DNA of 64,000 bases from Carpediemonas membranifera BICM (lineage: Eukaryota > Protista > Fornicata), in contig JAHDYR010000042.1 in assembly GCA_019828565.1 (NCBI GenBank), forward strand, positions 36,548-100,547, in the 5' to 3' direction. This document shows positions 11,801 through 20,907 of the stretch, one piece after another; positions within the stretch are counted from its first letter, which is position 1; each line of letters starts with the position of its first letter. The position numbers were made by a program, and so were the translations under genes. Below the pieces are notes generated by a model. It saw only the letters and a program-made list of their open reading frames with translations. It was not told the DNA's origin and ran no database searches.

Positions 11801-11855
11801 GTGCGGAGAGTACAGCTCCAGCCCTCTTTCGGCAATATGAATATGATGAATTCAA
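5886..11855 (-). CDS. Large polytopic membrane protein, TmcB/TmcC-like; true start probably downstream of 11855
   Basis: N-terminal multi-TM block; helical region FWRSL...YAEFLTNVKRENETAD; repeated TM-extracellular-TM modules; C-terminal LLDMIP. Confidence 0.7.
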   Translation of the reverse strand: MNSSYSYCRKRAGAVLSALSSLWMYQFSNLSSRRSDGTDSPHVARSVASTSRHSASRGPQTGAIGFLAPLDMNILQKRMCFHVSTVRSRQWKWRRLYRLLNTPIPLELLGIALSPAIHNDSSYLFWAFRFFLPLTYIGSNTTAVVAACAGVSIAILFLLAWLCVELILNRNGRSKRRVSLLDTLIRVLVGPLLIPAAQVLAAPLLKEGGTLADLTAPSFAWYLNTLVTGLGRVGLAVLVAFTLFSGLVHFSETVSSTSVRFVDFPTLAIFVQPLLSVAVTVINTTAAAGLGLSLSAYVPAVAICFLSFAALVGLIIFPPHASLLRWLWSLITVLMPCFVAPISVYFISLVPVAVVATVICAVFVAGTKVFLLHLLFGKHGRPVPLDHSSLSRVPSGVLKLDNRSHHHASSIIPLEQDELPPDWGNITVAHYVYLQVQTHRLFRARIKHNSDRFDMLSVTSPTARADKTKATLIAHLFRITQTAAARTRSSRDRITLVLFSIHIDANHDAALFDIGQIPRLIERGVLRGMSTAGMMMLTAVRCEANRLRQRQETGFTSDELADLHNKERQAKVLAQGARRSIHQFWRSLDSKNPRAEDLARVAENIYAQSSQADHLFIEVLRAFPRRVHLIKHYAEFLTNVKRENETADRLREIADQIALENRDLSDDESHASESQSNATATTVRAAMTVSDVLTLHVSNSQSPTVRKLRRNVCALMLVLTGLFLFASIFFQLANIFYFRLLALQRTIAAGQVAAARATFLTMAISENYDGFDTAEMADPGGAINTLSDALGAMDALDVTILGFLATDVFDAINDAWVFRAGLAATVPAVVQYDSASPIDLGQTLLIQLREAAAGDTRSAHLALANSAVSFRVAMECVADSIGSTLSVFWYIVVGTFAVIWGITVTVVLLLQIFVLKKSFVAVRRYHEEHFNIFLHVPARLVRHLVNVTNVTTKRKRLNGSLTKAALERRVISFQTPSMGSQQFQDSFLNTATLGKSTLDFDRDEDQEFDDFDDDDEGESLRISTDTDSQAYVLMKDDNGVDLAEIVTDLAGMHSKLHFRLRLIWVVLVTMLAVGVGIICVLVCTSSYIIYLYPQLRSSFDEADKTVLVIDELQDLLDSRTWDAMRVAHGRYLKTEQDYWAINSSTADVVDALTLAASDLGSTHDGLVAALNSERSLAYLEANSILLSRSAWGLGTESRCQLTGWSYNLTAETAYQADRAVYGPDRAKWGYYSDSAADLALDPADKIEIARAVIADDKYWALKTGSTAGILDVRTFVLARSTAEVSTLVTEQATVLKVQGYTLTTLLVLRILATAILVVGLFINLRMKVVDINRLDVIREMYRLGLDAMNGEVVRHPAIVALGESTDSLRKALDRADVVSRSRASLLSLRSQTRSPDVMSVDSAHSPAFSVVSIARSTRSGTNAFSVGLSSLMRDASEATTIFEGNEQKIAAISQDKSFLGRMNALGKNLFLNVFIMIIILLCLSVALNFVADNIGTRTLTLNDQSQVKHDFLSDASDFSVALRGVLRASRLFSQHFETARLEEVEDAIAVDPTLFVLVDDDVDEQFTATVASFRSHWTAMVNLTRVSAQLGIWAAAVPATVAPSLHNYEYDGAAEPGYASDLLSFPGRAVYHNSTYDATLSSDTQAALSRSLLFDDKFEYLIDSMRSELDSLRDMFSAYSNDIVDTQGTEVIMLIGVFIGFVCAVICTYYMFCRFVLQIATPPALQKINVVRQHLELPRILKFRRISTSTLWVIAVVLSLFIAYTGLLYFPVSRTVLIADEASRAAYLFDAASRLFDIATKPSLSNHGYVAAAESMDAIRDLTQQLNDFDLFLSVTGVSGDRTDDRTLDNSTFGATPREVLASFRYSADGLDPAYSGECISIGGLEGADFLSATQLAVPLGDLYDENTSIVADAITAFHYGFWLGQVPLLLLGITVLLASYRVVFHPIFRRLSDDEKMVSGLLDMIPRDQIIPDTLLGDFLGVTRAESG

Positions 11856-12147
11856 GCATGATCACCCTCGCCAGGCTGACTAGGCCTCTCTCGCCGGCTT
11901 TTCGGTAGCCAATGCCAACTTCATCCGGTTATTGAGCGTTTCGATGGTACAAGCTGAGGTTTTGCGCCAGTTCTGGTCTTACATGCCTGTCGACCGCGCC
12001 AGGGCGCGAACAATAATAAAACGGGTCGTGGGGGCTATAACCATTCCAGTGTCCTGCCATGTACACATGGTGACACTTATAGGGCCGAGCTTTCGTCGAT
12101 ACTGGATTGTGTTGGAAAAAAGCTGGCAACGAGCAGAAAAGCCCGAA

Positions 12148-12491
12148 ATGACTGATACGACGAACGCCACCGTTGTATTCCATGGCGAAGATCACACACT
12201 TGGGAATGCTCTGAGATACTGCCTTGCGAGAGAGTTTGTTGCGGCTTATTTCCCTTATTCAGCGAAGAGGTTGATTTCGCCGGCTACACAGTTCCCCACC
12301 CCGCAGAAAGCCGAATGGTTGTTAGAATTCAGACCAATGGTACGTTTCCATGTTGATCATCTCACACATGCATCCCAGCAGCGACGGCGCTCCACCGGGC
12401 AGCAGATACGCTCGAGAACATTGCGGACGACATTCTAGACAAGTTTAATACGGCGCTGAACGACTTTGAGGAGGACGAGGACGCCTTCTGA
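12148..12491 (+). CDS. POLR1D: RNA polymerase I/III subunit AC19 (RPB11/L family), two short introns (12234-12262, 12340-12378)
   Basis: Spliced: [41 protein letters not shown]...ALHRAADTLENIADDILDKF. Start may lie further upstream. Confidence 0.85.
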
Positions 12492-12619
12492 GGTGAACAT
12501 GATATGAACATCTAAATTTTGCGGACAATGATGGCATCCCCCCGAGGAAGACCAGACCCATAAAGATGAGAAGCCGATGAGCGTAATCAAACACGGCAGG
12601 GACGCACTGGCTCGGAGCA

Positions 12620-13465
12620 GTGCCGACCGTCCAGCCGACTCAGGCGCAGTCGGCAGTAGTAACGACGATGGACTTGCCGCCAACAAAGGGAAGAGTCCGC
12701 GTGGTGTCCTCTGTAGGGACCTTTCACATCAATTTATTTCCCGTACATGCGCCCAAGGCGTGTAGGAACTTTCTCGGTCTCTGTTTGCGGCACTACTACG
12801 ATGGATGCCCTGTGTGGCGTGTGATCAAGGACCAATTCTTGCAGACCGGCGACCCTACGGGCGAAGGAACCGGTGGAATTGCCTTCGAGGACCCCATTGA
12901 GACCGAGCCCCATCCCCGACTCAAGTTCAAGGCCGCTGGCCTCGTCTGCACCGCCGGCGAGGACAACATGCACGAGAGCCAATTCATGATCACTCTTGGT
13001 GCCATGAAATCGCTCCAGGGCCGCCAGACCATCTTCGGCGTGGTCTCACCCGAGTCTATTGGCGTGCTGCAGGCGATGAGCAGCGTCGACGTTGACGATG
13101 ATGGTCGGCCGGCCAACCCGCCGGTCATCCTGAGTATCGATGTGGTGGACAACCCGATGCCCGAGCTGGGGGCGGCAGGGTTGGATGCCGAGCTCAAGGA
13201 GGATGTGGCTGAGCCCGACGCCGAGGCACAAGACAGCGTCGTCGTCAGAATCACGGGCCAGGTCGATGTCGACTTCGCAGCGATTGAGCCGCTGGCCAAG
13301 CGGAGGCGGCACAAGAGGAAGAAGGTTGTCCTGCCCCAGCCGGAAGAGGAGAAGCCAGCGCCGGAAGCAGTGGAGGGAGGCAATGAGACGACCCCGGCAG
13401 ATCCGGTCGTACCCAAGGCCAAGACGAAGCTTGGTAGACTCAAGCGCCTGACCGCCAAGAAGTGA
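12620..13465 (+). CDS. CWC27: Spliceosomal cyclophilin-type PPIase, CWC27-like (ATG likely 12668)
   Basis: PPTKGRV, APKACRNFLGLC, QTGDPTGEGTGG, HPRLKF, SQFMITL, TIFG; basic tail. Confidence 0.8.
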   Translation: MPTVQPTQAQSAVVTTMDLPPTKGRVRVVSSVGTFHINLFPVHAPKACRNFLGLCLRHYYDGCPVWRVIKDQFLQTGDPTGEGTGGIAFEDPIETEPHPRLKFKAAGLVCTAGEDNMHESQFMITLGAMKSLQGRQTIFGVVSPESIGVLQAMSSVDVDDDGRPANPPVILSIDVVDNPMPELGAAGLDAELKEDVAEPDAEAQDSVVVRITGQVDVDFAAIEPLAKRRRHKRKKVVLPQPEEEKPAPEAVEGGNETTPADPVVPKAKTKLGRLKRLTAKK

Positions 13466-13566
13466 GCAGCGCATCCGAGGCAAGGAAACAACATCGGCAC
13501 CCCAGCACATAAAGCCCAGTCCCTCGGCCCAACATTTACGAATTTACTCGATTGTATCACTCCCGC

Positions 13567-14253
13567 CTACTCGAGCGCGTTGTTGAGGTGGCGCACGACG
13601 GTGTCGATGAACTGGTCGTTGTTGAGCATCGCCGACAGCATCGCCCGCACCTTCTCCCTCGAGTACGGCACCCCCTGCGGGCCCGGGGTGTGGAGCAGCC
13701 CTTCCATGACCCGCGTCACAGCCTCCTCCCCTCCTCGGGTCGGCGTCACCGTGATCATCGGGCCGTGGGGCGAAGCTGCGGGCCCCCCTCTACTTCCGGT
13801 CGACCCGCCGTGCCGCGTCATCATTGGAGTCAGTGGTTGCGGGATGGCGCTCGGCGTGGGCTGAGAGAGGATGCTCTTTAGCTGCTCGCCGATCACAGCC
13901 TTCTCCTCGTTATTGAAGAACCAGAAGCCGTGTGTCTTGACGGCGCCCTGTCCGGTCACTCTGATGAAGATGTAGTTGTCGTCCCGTACTTCGGCCATGA
14001 CGCCGGGCTGGATGGGAAGCACGAAGTGCTGAGCTGAAGCCCGATTCAGGATAATCAGGCAGTATTTCGGATCGGATTGCCGCTCGCAGATGAATAAGGC
14101 ACCCTCATAGCCGTTTGTCGTTGGTTTCACCCATTGCTTCGTTCTTGCGTCGTAGCTGTAATAAACGGTGCTTTGAGCAACGCTAAGATATCGTTCAATG
14201 CTAGAATCTACACGTCTGAGAGACTTTAGCGTCAAGCGCTCATGGTCATTCAT
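13567..14253 (-). CDS. DCP1: mRNA decapping cofactor DCP1 (EVH1 domain)
   Basis: LRRVDSSI...VYYSYD...W...EGALFICER...YCLIILNR, GFWF; C-terminal trimerisation-like helix. Confidence 0.85.
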   Translation of the reverse strand: MNDHERLTLKSLRRVDSSIERYLSVAQSTVYYSYDARTKQWVKPTTNGYEGALFICERQSDPKYCLIILNRASAQHFVLPIQPGVMAEVRDDNYIFIRVTGQGAVKTHGFWFFNNEEKAVIGEQLKSILSQPTPSAIPQPLTPMMTRHGGSTGSRGGPAASPHGPMITVTPTRGGEEAVTRVMEGLLHTPGPQGVPYSREKVRAMLSAMLNNDQFIDTVVRHLNNALE

Positions 14254-14437
14254 GGCAAGGCGTGCGTCTCAAACGTTGGGCAAAAGTGCTCCCCCCAAAG
14301 CTCAGACACATGCCACTGAGTGTCTGCCACCGTACGTCTTCACTTGTGGCAGTAGTCAATCCTGCCTTTACGGTGCACTTTATGTCAGGGCGGAGCGATT
14401 TGCTCAAATGACGCATAGGGAGGTCCTCGATCATCCC

Positions 14438-15808
14438 ATGAGTGGGATTCAGAAGCGTAAGAGCAAAAGTATCGCTGATTGTGAGATGCGCTTTCGTAAC
14501 CAGCGTGAAGCGAATGCAAATCGAATTCGTCGTATAAGGGAGCAAGCAAAGCAGGCTGATGCGAAAAAGAGGGCTGAGGAAGATGAAATCAAGAGGAGAA
14601 ATCAGGAGCGTGAGGCCAGGCAGAAAGCTGCAGCGGGAGAAGCCCAGAAGAAGATGCAGGCCCAGCAGGCCGCCGCTCAGCCAGCACCCCTGACCAAGCC
14701 AGCACATGAGACTCCAGCGAAAGCAGCAGCTGCGCCAGCTACTGGGTTCCAGACGAAATCGGCGTTTCCAGCGGCACCATTCGCAGCACCCAAGCCCACC
14801 GAGACGCCCCAGAAGCCGGCCCCCCTGACGCAGCCGAAGCCGACCACCGCGCCAGCACCCCCGGCTGCCAACGCAGCACCGGCGAACATCGACGTCAAGC
14901 ACCAGGACCTACTCCCTGCGATCAACCTGGCCTCCCCCGCCGCCCTGAAGGCCGCCGACGGCTTCCTCACGGCGTACGAGGCCGCCCAGGCCGCGTTTAC
15001 CCAGCTCTCGGCCGACCCCCAGCTGGCGGAGGCCAAGGGCCAGGTGAGCACGATGGTGACCCAGATCGCCCTGAGCCCCGACTCCATCCGTACGAGGACG
15101 GGCCTGCTCGTCGGGCTGCTCAAGAACCCCTCGGCACCCCACAGACAGGCTCTGGCGGTCCAGTTTTCCCGGGACGTGATCACGGCCGCGGAGACCCAGG
15201 TGCAGGCACACCCCGACAGCGCCGTTGCCTTTGGTCTCGTCGTGTCGATGGTCATGGGGGCCCTGCCTGAGGTCGGCCCGATATTCATGGGCGCGCTCGG
15301 GCGGAAGACGCCGTGGATCGTCCCGAGGCTGCCCCGCAAGCTCAAAGGCGAGGCCCCGGCCGATACGCAGAAGCGGCGCGGCTACAGGGCCCCGAACGGC
15401 GCGCTCGAGACGGAGGAGGACTACACCAACCGCGTCCTCGCCCACACCAGGCTCCTCGCAGCGGTGTTCGTTGCCGCGCCCTTCCAGGTGCAGGGCCTTG
15501 AGCCCAAACCCCCGCTGTTCGGCATCGAGCACGCCTGGGTGTACGTTGCCCGGCTGCTGAACATGAAGGTCCCCCCCATGAAGATCGCCCTCGACATCCT
15601 CTGGGCGTTCCTGTCGATCTCGGGATACGATCTCTGTAGGACGTATCCGGACCGGATGAAGGCGCTCGTTGACCTGCTCGAGGGCCAGTTCATCCCGGCC
15701 TGCAAGTTCGAGACACCCGGCCTGACCCGCGTCCAGGACCTCGTCGAGCAGTACCGCAAGACAGGGTCGCTGACCAGGCCGCAGGGGCAGGCAGAGATAT
15801 ATGGTTGA
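14438..15808 (+). CDS. GLE1: mRNA export factor GLE1
   Basis: Coiled coil, then AETQV, ETEEDYTNRV..TRLLAAV, GIEHAWVYVARLLN. Start taken at MSGIQKR. Confidence 0.8.
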   Translation: MSGIQKRKSKSIADCEMRFRNQREANANRIRRIREQAKQADAKKRAEEDEIKRRNQEREARQKAAAGEAQKKMQAQQAAAQPAPLTKPAHETPAKAAAAPATGFQTKSAFPAAPFAAPKPTETPQKPAPLTQPKPTTAPAPPAANAAPANIDVKHQDLLPAINLASPAALKAADGFLTAYEAAQAAFTQLSADPQLAEAKGQVSTMVTQIALSPDSIRTRTGLLVGLLKNPSAPHRQALAVQFSRDVITAAETQVQAHPDSAVAFGLVVSMVMGALPEVGPIFMGALGRKTPWIVPRLPRKLKGEAPADTQKRRGYRAPNGALETEEDYTNRVLAHTRLLAAVFVAAPFQVQGLEPKPPLFGIEHAWVYVARLLNMKVPPMKIALDILWAFLSISGYDLCRTYPDRMKALVDLLEGQFIPACKFETPGLTRVQDLVEQYRKTGSLTRPQGQAEIYG

Positions 15809-16003
15809 GCTCTTTCATGGATATAAATGCGGCGCTTTGTGCAGACCTGGCTCGGCCAAGAGTGGAGGCCTTAAACGCCGGTAGAGCGATAAATAACGCT
15901 ACTTCAAACTCGATGGGGAGATAGCACACAACACCCGATCACAGATTACAGATACGCCCATGATCTTTGGAATTCAACAACGGTCAACGACGACACAAAA
16001 CCA

Positions 16004-17629
16004 ATGGAGAGCGACTCTTATCAAACGCCGGAGGAAAACACATCAACACTCGTGATGCCTGCGGTAGATAGCGATCATCTGAGCGATGATATCTCGCCAA
16101 CGCCTGACGATGACTCCACATACACGGAAAGCTACATCCCGGCCCGTATTGACCGGCTTCCGTGGACCTGGTGGCACACCTACTTCGTTCTTGCGCTTGG
16201 CGTCTCCTGGGTTCTCGACGGCCTCGAGGTGACAACCATTTCTCTCATCGGCAACATTCTCCGCAGTCACACCCACGGCCTGGGCCTCAGCCAGGCACAA
16301 GTGGGCTACTGCGGCACTGTATACGTCTGTGGCGCTGTTACTGGCTCTCTTTTCTTCGGTTTCTTGTCCGACCGCATTGGCCGCCGCAAGCTCTTCTTCG
16401 TCGCCCCCTCCATCTACCTTTGCAGTACGTTCCTCACGTCCCTCACGTTTTTCAAGCTGTGGCTATTCGTGTGCCTCTTCTTCACGGGCTTCGGCATCGG
16501 CGGCGAGTACTCTGCGATGAACAGTGCCATCAACGAGCTCATCCCATCGAGAGTCCGCGGCGTCATCAGCATCCTCATCAACGGTACGTACTGGGCCGGC
16601 GCAGCCATCGGCGGCACCCTTTCGACGCTCCTGCTCGACACGATCGGGCTCTACTTCCCGACGATCGGCTGGCGGCTGCCGTGGATCCTGGGCGCGGTCA
16701 TGGGCGTCCTGATCTTCATCGCCCGTATCCGCCTGCCCGAGTCGCCCCGCTGGCTCCTGTCTCGAGGCCGCACGGAGGATGCGGACAAGATTGTTCTCAA
16801 GCTCGAGCGCTACGTCGAGAAGCACGGCCGGAAGAAGAAGACATTCGTCCGCCCGACCTCCGACGAGCACGCGGGGGAGCTGGGCATCCCGTCGACCGTG
16901 ATCAACCGCAAGCCAGTGCCGTACTCGATCGTGCTGAAGGCCGTCTTCACGCAGTACAAGACCCGGTCGTTCCTGTGTTTCACGCTCATGGTGTGCCAGG
17001 CCTTCTTCTACAACGCCGTCTTCTTCAGCTACTCGTCGATCCTTACGGTCTACTACGGCGTGCCGGACTACGACACCGGGCTCTTCATCGTCCCCTTCGC
17101 CATCGGGAACTACTCCGGCGCCGTCGTCCTAGGTCAGTTGTTTGATAGAATAGGGCGCAAGCCCGCCATCTCCGGCACCTTCGCGTTGTCCGGCATCCTC
17201 CTGATCGTGACCGGCGTCATGTTCCTCGCAGACATGTTCAACGCGCTCACACAGACGATGGCATGGTCGGCCGTCTTCTTCGTTGCATCTAGCGCTGCCT
17301 CTAGCGGCTACCTGACCATCTCCGAGGTTTTTCCTGCCGAGATGCGTGCGGCGGCCATCGCTATCTTCTACAGCAGCGGGACAGCGCTGGGCGGGATGCT
17401 CGGCCCCGTCATCTTCAGCCACCTCATCAAGAAGGACAACAAGATGACCCTCTTCGCAGGATACGTCTTCGTCAGCATCCTCATGATCTTCGCCGCCATC
17501 ACGGAGCTTGTAATCGGCATCGAGACCGCGGGCAAGAGCCTCGAGGACATCAGCAAGCCCCTGGGCGCCGTCGAACGGCCCAAGACCAGCGACCGCGAGG
17601 CCGACGCCCAGCCCCTGCTCGCTGAGTAG
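16004..17629 (+). CDS. MFS sugar-porter-like transporter, bacterial-type
   Basis: IPARIDRLPW, WVLDGLEVT, SDRIGRRK, GIGGEY, PESPRWL, SEVFPAEMR; about 12 TM; intronless. Confidence 0.9.
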   Translation: MESDSYQTPEENTSTLVMPAVDSDHLSDDISPTPDDDSTYTESYIPARIDRLPWTWWHTYFVLALGVSWVLDGLEVTTISLIGNILRSHTHGLGLSQAQVGYCGTVYVCGAVTGSLFFGFLSDRIGRRKLFFVAPSIYLCSTFLTSLTFFKLWLFVCLFFTGFGIGGEYSAMNSAINELIPSRVRGVISILINGTYWAGAAIGGTLSTLLLDTIGLYFPTIGWRLPWILGAVMGVLIFIARIRLPESPRWLLSRGRTEDADKIVLKLERYVEKHGRKKKTFVRPTSDEHAGELGIPSTVINRKPVPYSIVLKAVFTQYKTRSFLCFTLMVCQAFFYNAVFFSYSSILTVYYGVPDYDTGLFIVPFAIGNYSGAVVLGQLFDRIGRKPAISGTFALSGILLIVTGVMFLADMFNALTQTMAWSAVFFVASSAASSGYLTISEVFPAEMRAAAIAIFYSSGTALGGMLGPVIFSHLIKKDNKMTLFAGYVFVSILMIFAAITELVIGIETAGKSLEDISKPLGAVERPKTSDREADAQPLLAE

Positions 17630-17771
17630 GCAGTAAAGATGGTGTTTAGGGAAGAATGAATATGTGGCGTCAGCAATGCTTTACCGATAATGTACCGTAT
17701 CAATTTGTTCGTTCCGTTGTCAATAATAATCTCAGGCGCTGTGTCATATGTAACTCACGTAAATCCCCCGT

Positions 17772-19278
17772 CTACGAATCATCCAGGGCCGCCTGGATCG
17801 CACCCACCCAGACGTCCGCCTCGTTGTCCACGCTCTTGAACACGTAGGTCCGCGCCGGGACGGCAATCGTGAACCGCCGCTTGTCGCTCCGCATCTTGGC
17901 CTCGAGGCTGCGTGTCCAGGGGATCTCGCCCTTCTGGACGGGCTGATCCTTGCTGGCGTCGAAGTAGAGCAGCCTCGGGTAGTCGGTGAGGATGAGCGTC
18001 CGCCTGCGGTAGGGCTTCAGGTTCTTACGCTTGAGCACCTCCCCAATCATGATGATGGACTCCTTGCTGAAGAGGAACGGCTTGAACGCCGAAACCCTCC
18101 CGTTCGCCTTGGCCACCCTGTCGGAGACCCTCGCGTTCTTCACCACGAGGGGCGTGGACGCAGGGTAGTCTGGGATGGGAGCCGGCCGGGACACCGGGGT
18201 CGACGGGACAGTGAAGACGCGGCGAGAGGATGATGACTCGTGGAGGGGCGACACAGAGTTGAGGCTGGATGACATCGAGGTGATGTCCGCGCTCGACATC
18301 AGCGGCTCCCAGCTGTCCGCGAACATGTCCCGCCGCATGCCGTCCACAGCGGCCTCGAGCTCGTCCATCTTCACTGGGATGGGGCCGGGGGTGGTGTCGC
18401 GAATGAACGGATGGTCGAAAAGCTCTTGGAGGTCGGTCGCACCGAGCCGCTCGGCCGGTTTGACCACGAGGATGCGGCGGATGAAGTCCTTGGCGTCCTC
18501 GCCGTACGTCCAGTTGCGGGGGAACGAGAACTTTCCCGAGCAGATGGACTCGAACAGGAGGTATTCAGACGGCTCCTGGAAGGGTCGCTTCCCGGTCAGC
18601 AGCTGGAATACGATGCACCCGACAGACCAGAGGTCCGCAGCGTACGTCTGCTCAAGGTCCTCGAGGATCTCAGGGGCGACGTATTGCGCCGTGCCGACGA
18701 ACGTACCCTTGCGGGACTCGGGCGGGGTGGTGTGGGGCATGTCGAATGAAGGGTCGCACACCTTGGCACAGGCGAAGTCGGCGAGCTTGATATATCCCTC
18801 CTTGGATATGAACACGTTCTCCGGCTTGAGGTCACGGTGGATGACAGATTTTTCTCTCAGAACCATGAGTGCTTCGATGAGCTGGATTGTGATGATGCGC
18901 ACCCAGTCGAGAGGAAGCTTGCCCATGTGTTTCATGAGCTGGAACAGGTCACACACGCACAGTTCTATCACAAAGTCTGGGTAACTGGTCCGAAATGAAC
19001 GAACAAATGTTGTCCTCATCCGAAAACGTGGCATAGAGTGCAATGGTTCGGTCGGACGACACTATCTGAAGCACTGTTTTCTCAGTAAAGGCATCAGCGA
19101 TTCGGTCTTGTTGGATAAGCATCCTTTTGGACACGCTTTTCATCGCGACCTTCTTCTTCTGCCCCCCGGGAGTATCATATGTGGCACTATATACATTCGC
19201 AAAGGTCCCTTCCCCAATCAGGTCTCGTATTTTCACTGATCCTCCACTCATGCCCATGGCAACACTATGTGTGCTCAT
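17772..19278 (-). CDS. PDPK1: PDK1-like AGC kinase with C-terminal PH domain; intron 18977-19004
   Basis: GEGTFANV, HRDLKPEN, RKGTFVGTAQYVAPE; PH motif RRRTLILTDYPRLLYFD...KGEIPW. Removing the intron gives DEDNIYFVIE. Confidence 0.85.
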
Positions 19279-19513
19279 CGGGCTGTGATCTGCGCAGTTT
19301 AACAAAACTGAACTGTAGCGTTGGGTGTAGCGCCCATGTGACCCATGTGACAGCACAGGAATGCGGCGCTAGGCCCTCGTTTCGGCCCGACTTCACCTGG
19401 TAGGCTGATCTTTATCAGTAAAAAATGGACGGTCGGCGCAACAATCACTTCTCGAACCTCAAAGATCGCCGAGAAATATTGGGTCGAGCGAAATTACTCG
19501 TAAATTGATTGGA

Positions 19514-20743
19514 TTAATGTCCATGTCCAGCCATGTTGACAGCCCATGCGCTGATGTTGGCAACAGAGATGAGGCCCAGAATAGCGGCAGCGAACGAGAC
19601 CTCCCGAGGCAGCGGATGCAGCGCGGCAAGGGCCCACAAAGCTACACCGACGAGCCACGCGGCCTTGCTAAACAGGGCAGCGGCGGCGAGGACGAATACC
19701 ACGGCGGCGGCGACCTGTGCGAGACTGGGGTACAGCGTCAGGAGGGCGGCGGCGACAGCAGCGCCGAAGAGGGGCGTGCCGAAGGAGACGGCGTCGGCCA
19801 CGTGACGGGACCCCATCATCCGGTAGGCAACGGGGGAGAGACCAGCGATGGCGGCATACGTCGGGCACGTCAGCGCCAGTGCCAGCCCAATTGCCCAGAA
19901 CACGACTGTCGGGACGTACTCTGATCTGTATCGCGTGGCTAAGACAAGGCACACGAGAGCACCCGCCACGGCGCCGAACGAGGGGAGAATGACATCGATC
20001 GGGATGAACGTCAGGCGGGGTGTTGCCGGGACGACCCTATAGAGGAACCACCCTGCATGAAGGTCCTCCTCGAGCGTGCACATGGCTCGGACGAACTGGA
20101 ACAGGCCGCGCTGAGTGATGTCTGGCATGGAGACGGTGACCGCGTCGACGGGGTGGGGACGGGCCAGGTACTCACCGTGTACGTCTCCAGGGGTGTCGGC
20201 GAATGCATCAGAGAGCAGGGAATGCAGAGCGGGGTAGGACCTGGCCGTGTTGGCGATAGTCCTGGGCATCCAGGAGGGGAGGGTGCCCTCGAACGAATGA
20301 CGGGGGAACATCTTGTGGGCGACGATCATAAAGTCGAAGTTGGGCCGTCTGGGGGTCTCCCCGTGGTATGAGATGACCGGCGTCCGCTTGGTCCAGTCCA
20401 GCACAAGGGCTGCCCGTGGGGTCCGGGACGGGGGCGGGAGAGACGCGGCAGATGGGGCGGCGCGGACGTTCAGGTTGAGCGTCAGCCAAGGCACGTGTCT
20501 GAGGTGCTCGATCTCGTTGAGAAGCGGCTGGTACTGCGTCTGTGAGCCGATGAACACGAGGTCAAGGGTATGTGTCTGCGGCGACCGGGCAGCGGGAACG
20601 AAGAGGCTGCCTGTGAAGGACGCCAACTTGTATTCGTTGGCATCGTAGTCGAGGCTTTGGAACTCAATGGCGTGCTCCTCCACTGAGGGCTCGACGGTGG
20701 CGCGACTGAGGTCCATGAGCAGCCACAAGCCGAGAACGAACAA
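19514..20743 (-). CDS. GAA1: GPI transamidase subunit GAA1-like
   Basis: RRPNFD, HGEY...DAVT, RAMCTLEEDLHAGWFLY (cf. GAA1 NNLLExLHQSFFxY), followed by TM helices. Start uncertain. Confidence 0.65.
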   Translation of the reverse strand: MFVLGLWLLMDLSRATVEPSVEEHAIEFQSLDYDANEYKLASFTGSLFVPAARSPQTHTLDLVFIGSQTQYQPLLNEIEHLRHVPWLTLNLNVRAAPSAASLPPPSRTPRAALVLDWTKRTPVISYHGETPRRPNFDFMIVAHKMFPRHSFEGTLPSWMPRTIANTARSYPALHSLLSDAFADTPGDVHGEYLARPHPVDAVTVSMPDITQRGLFQFVRAMCTLEEDLHAGWFLYRVVPATPRLTFIPIDVILPSFGAVAGALVCLVLATRYRSEYVPTVVFWAIGLALALTCPTYAAIAGLSPVAYRMMGSRHVADAVSFGTPLFGAAVAAALLTLYPSLAQVAAAVVFVLAAAALFSKAAWLVGVALWALAALHPLPREVSFAAAILGLISVANISAWAVNMAGHGH

Positions 20744-20907
20744 CGCAGTGGCACTTGGTTAGAGAGAAGTGGTAAACAAACAACAGGATAGTCTTTTTGC
20801 GGCCAAAATAGGGAACATTCGTCATCTCGTCAGCGCTTCTTGTGAGGTCGCAAGTTGCACGTCAACCTGACAGATGGAGAACTTTACAGACCAGTTGACG
20901 GCATGCG

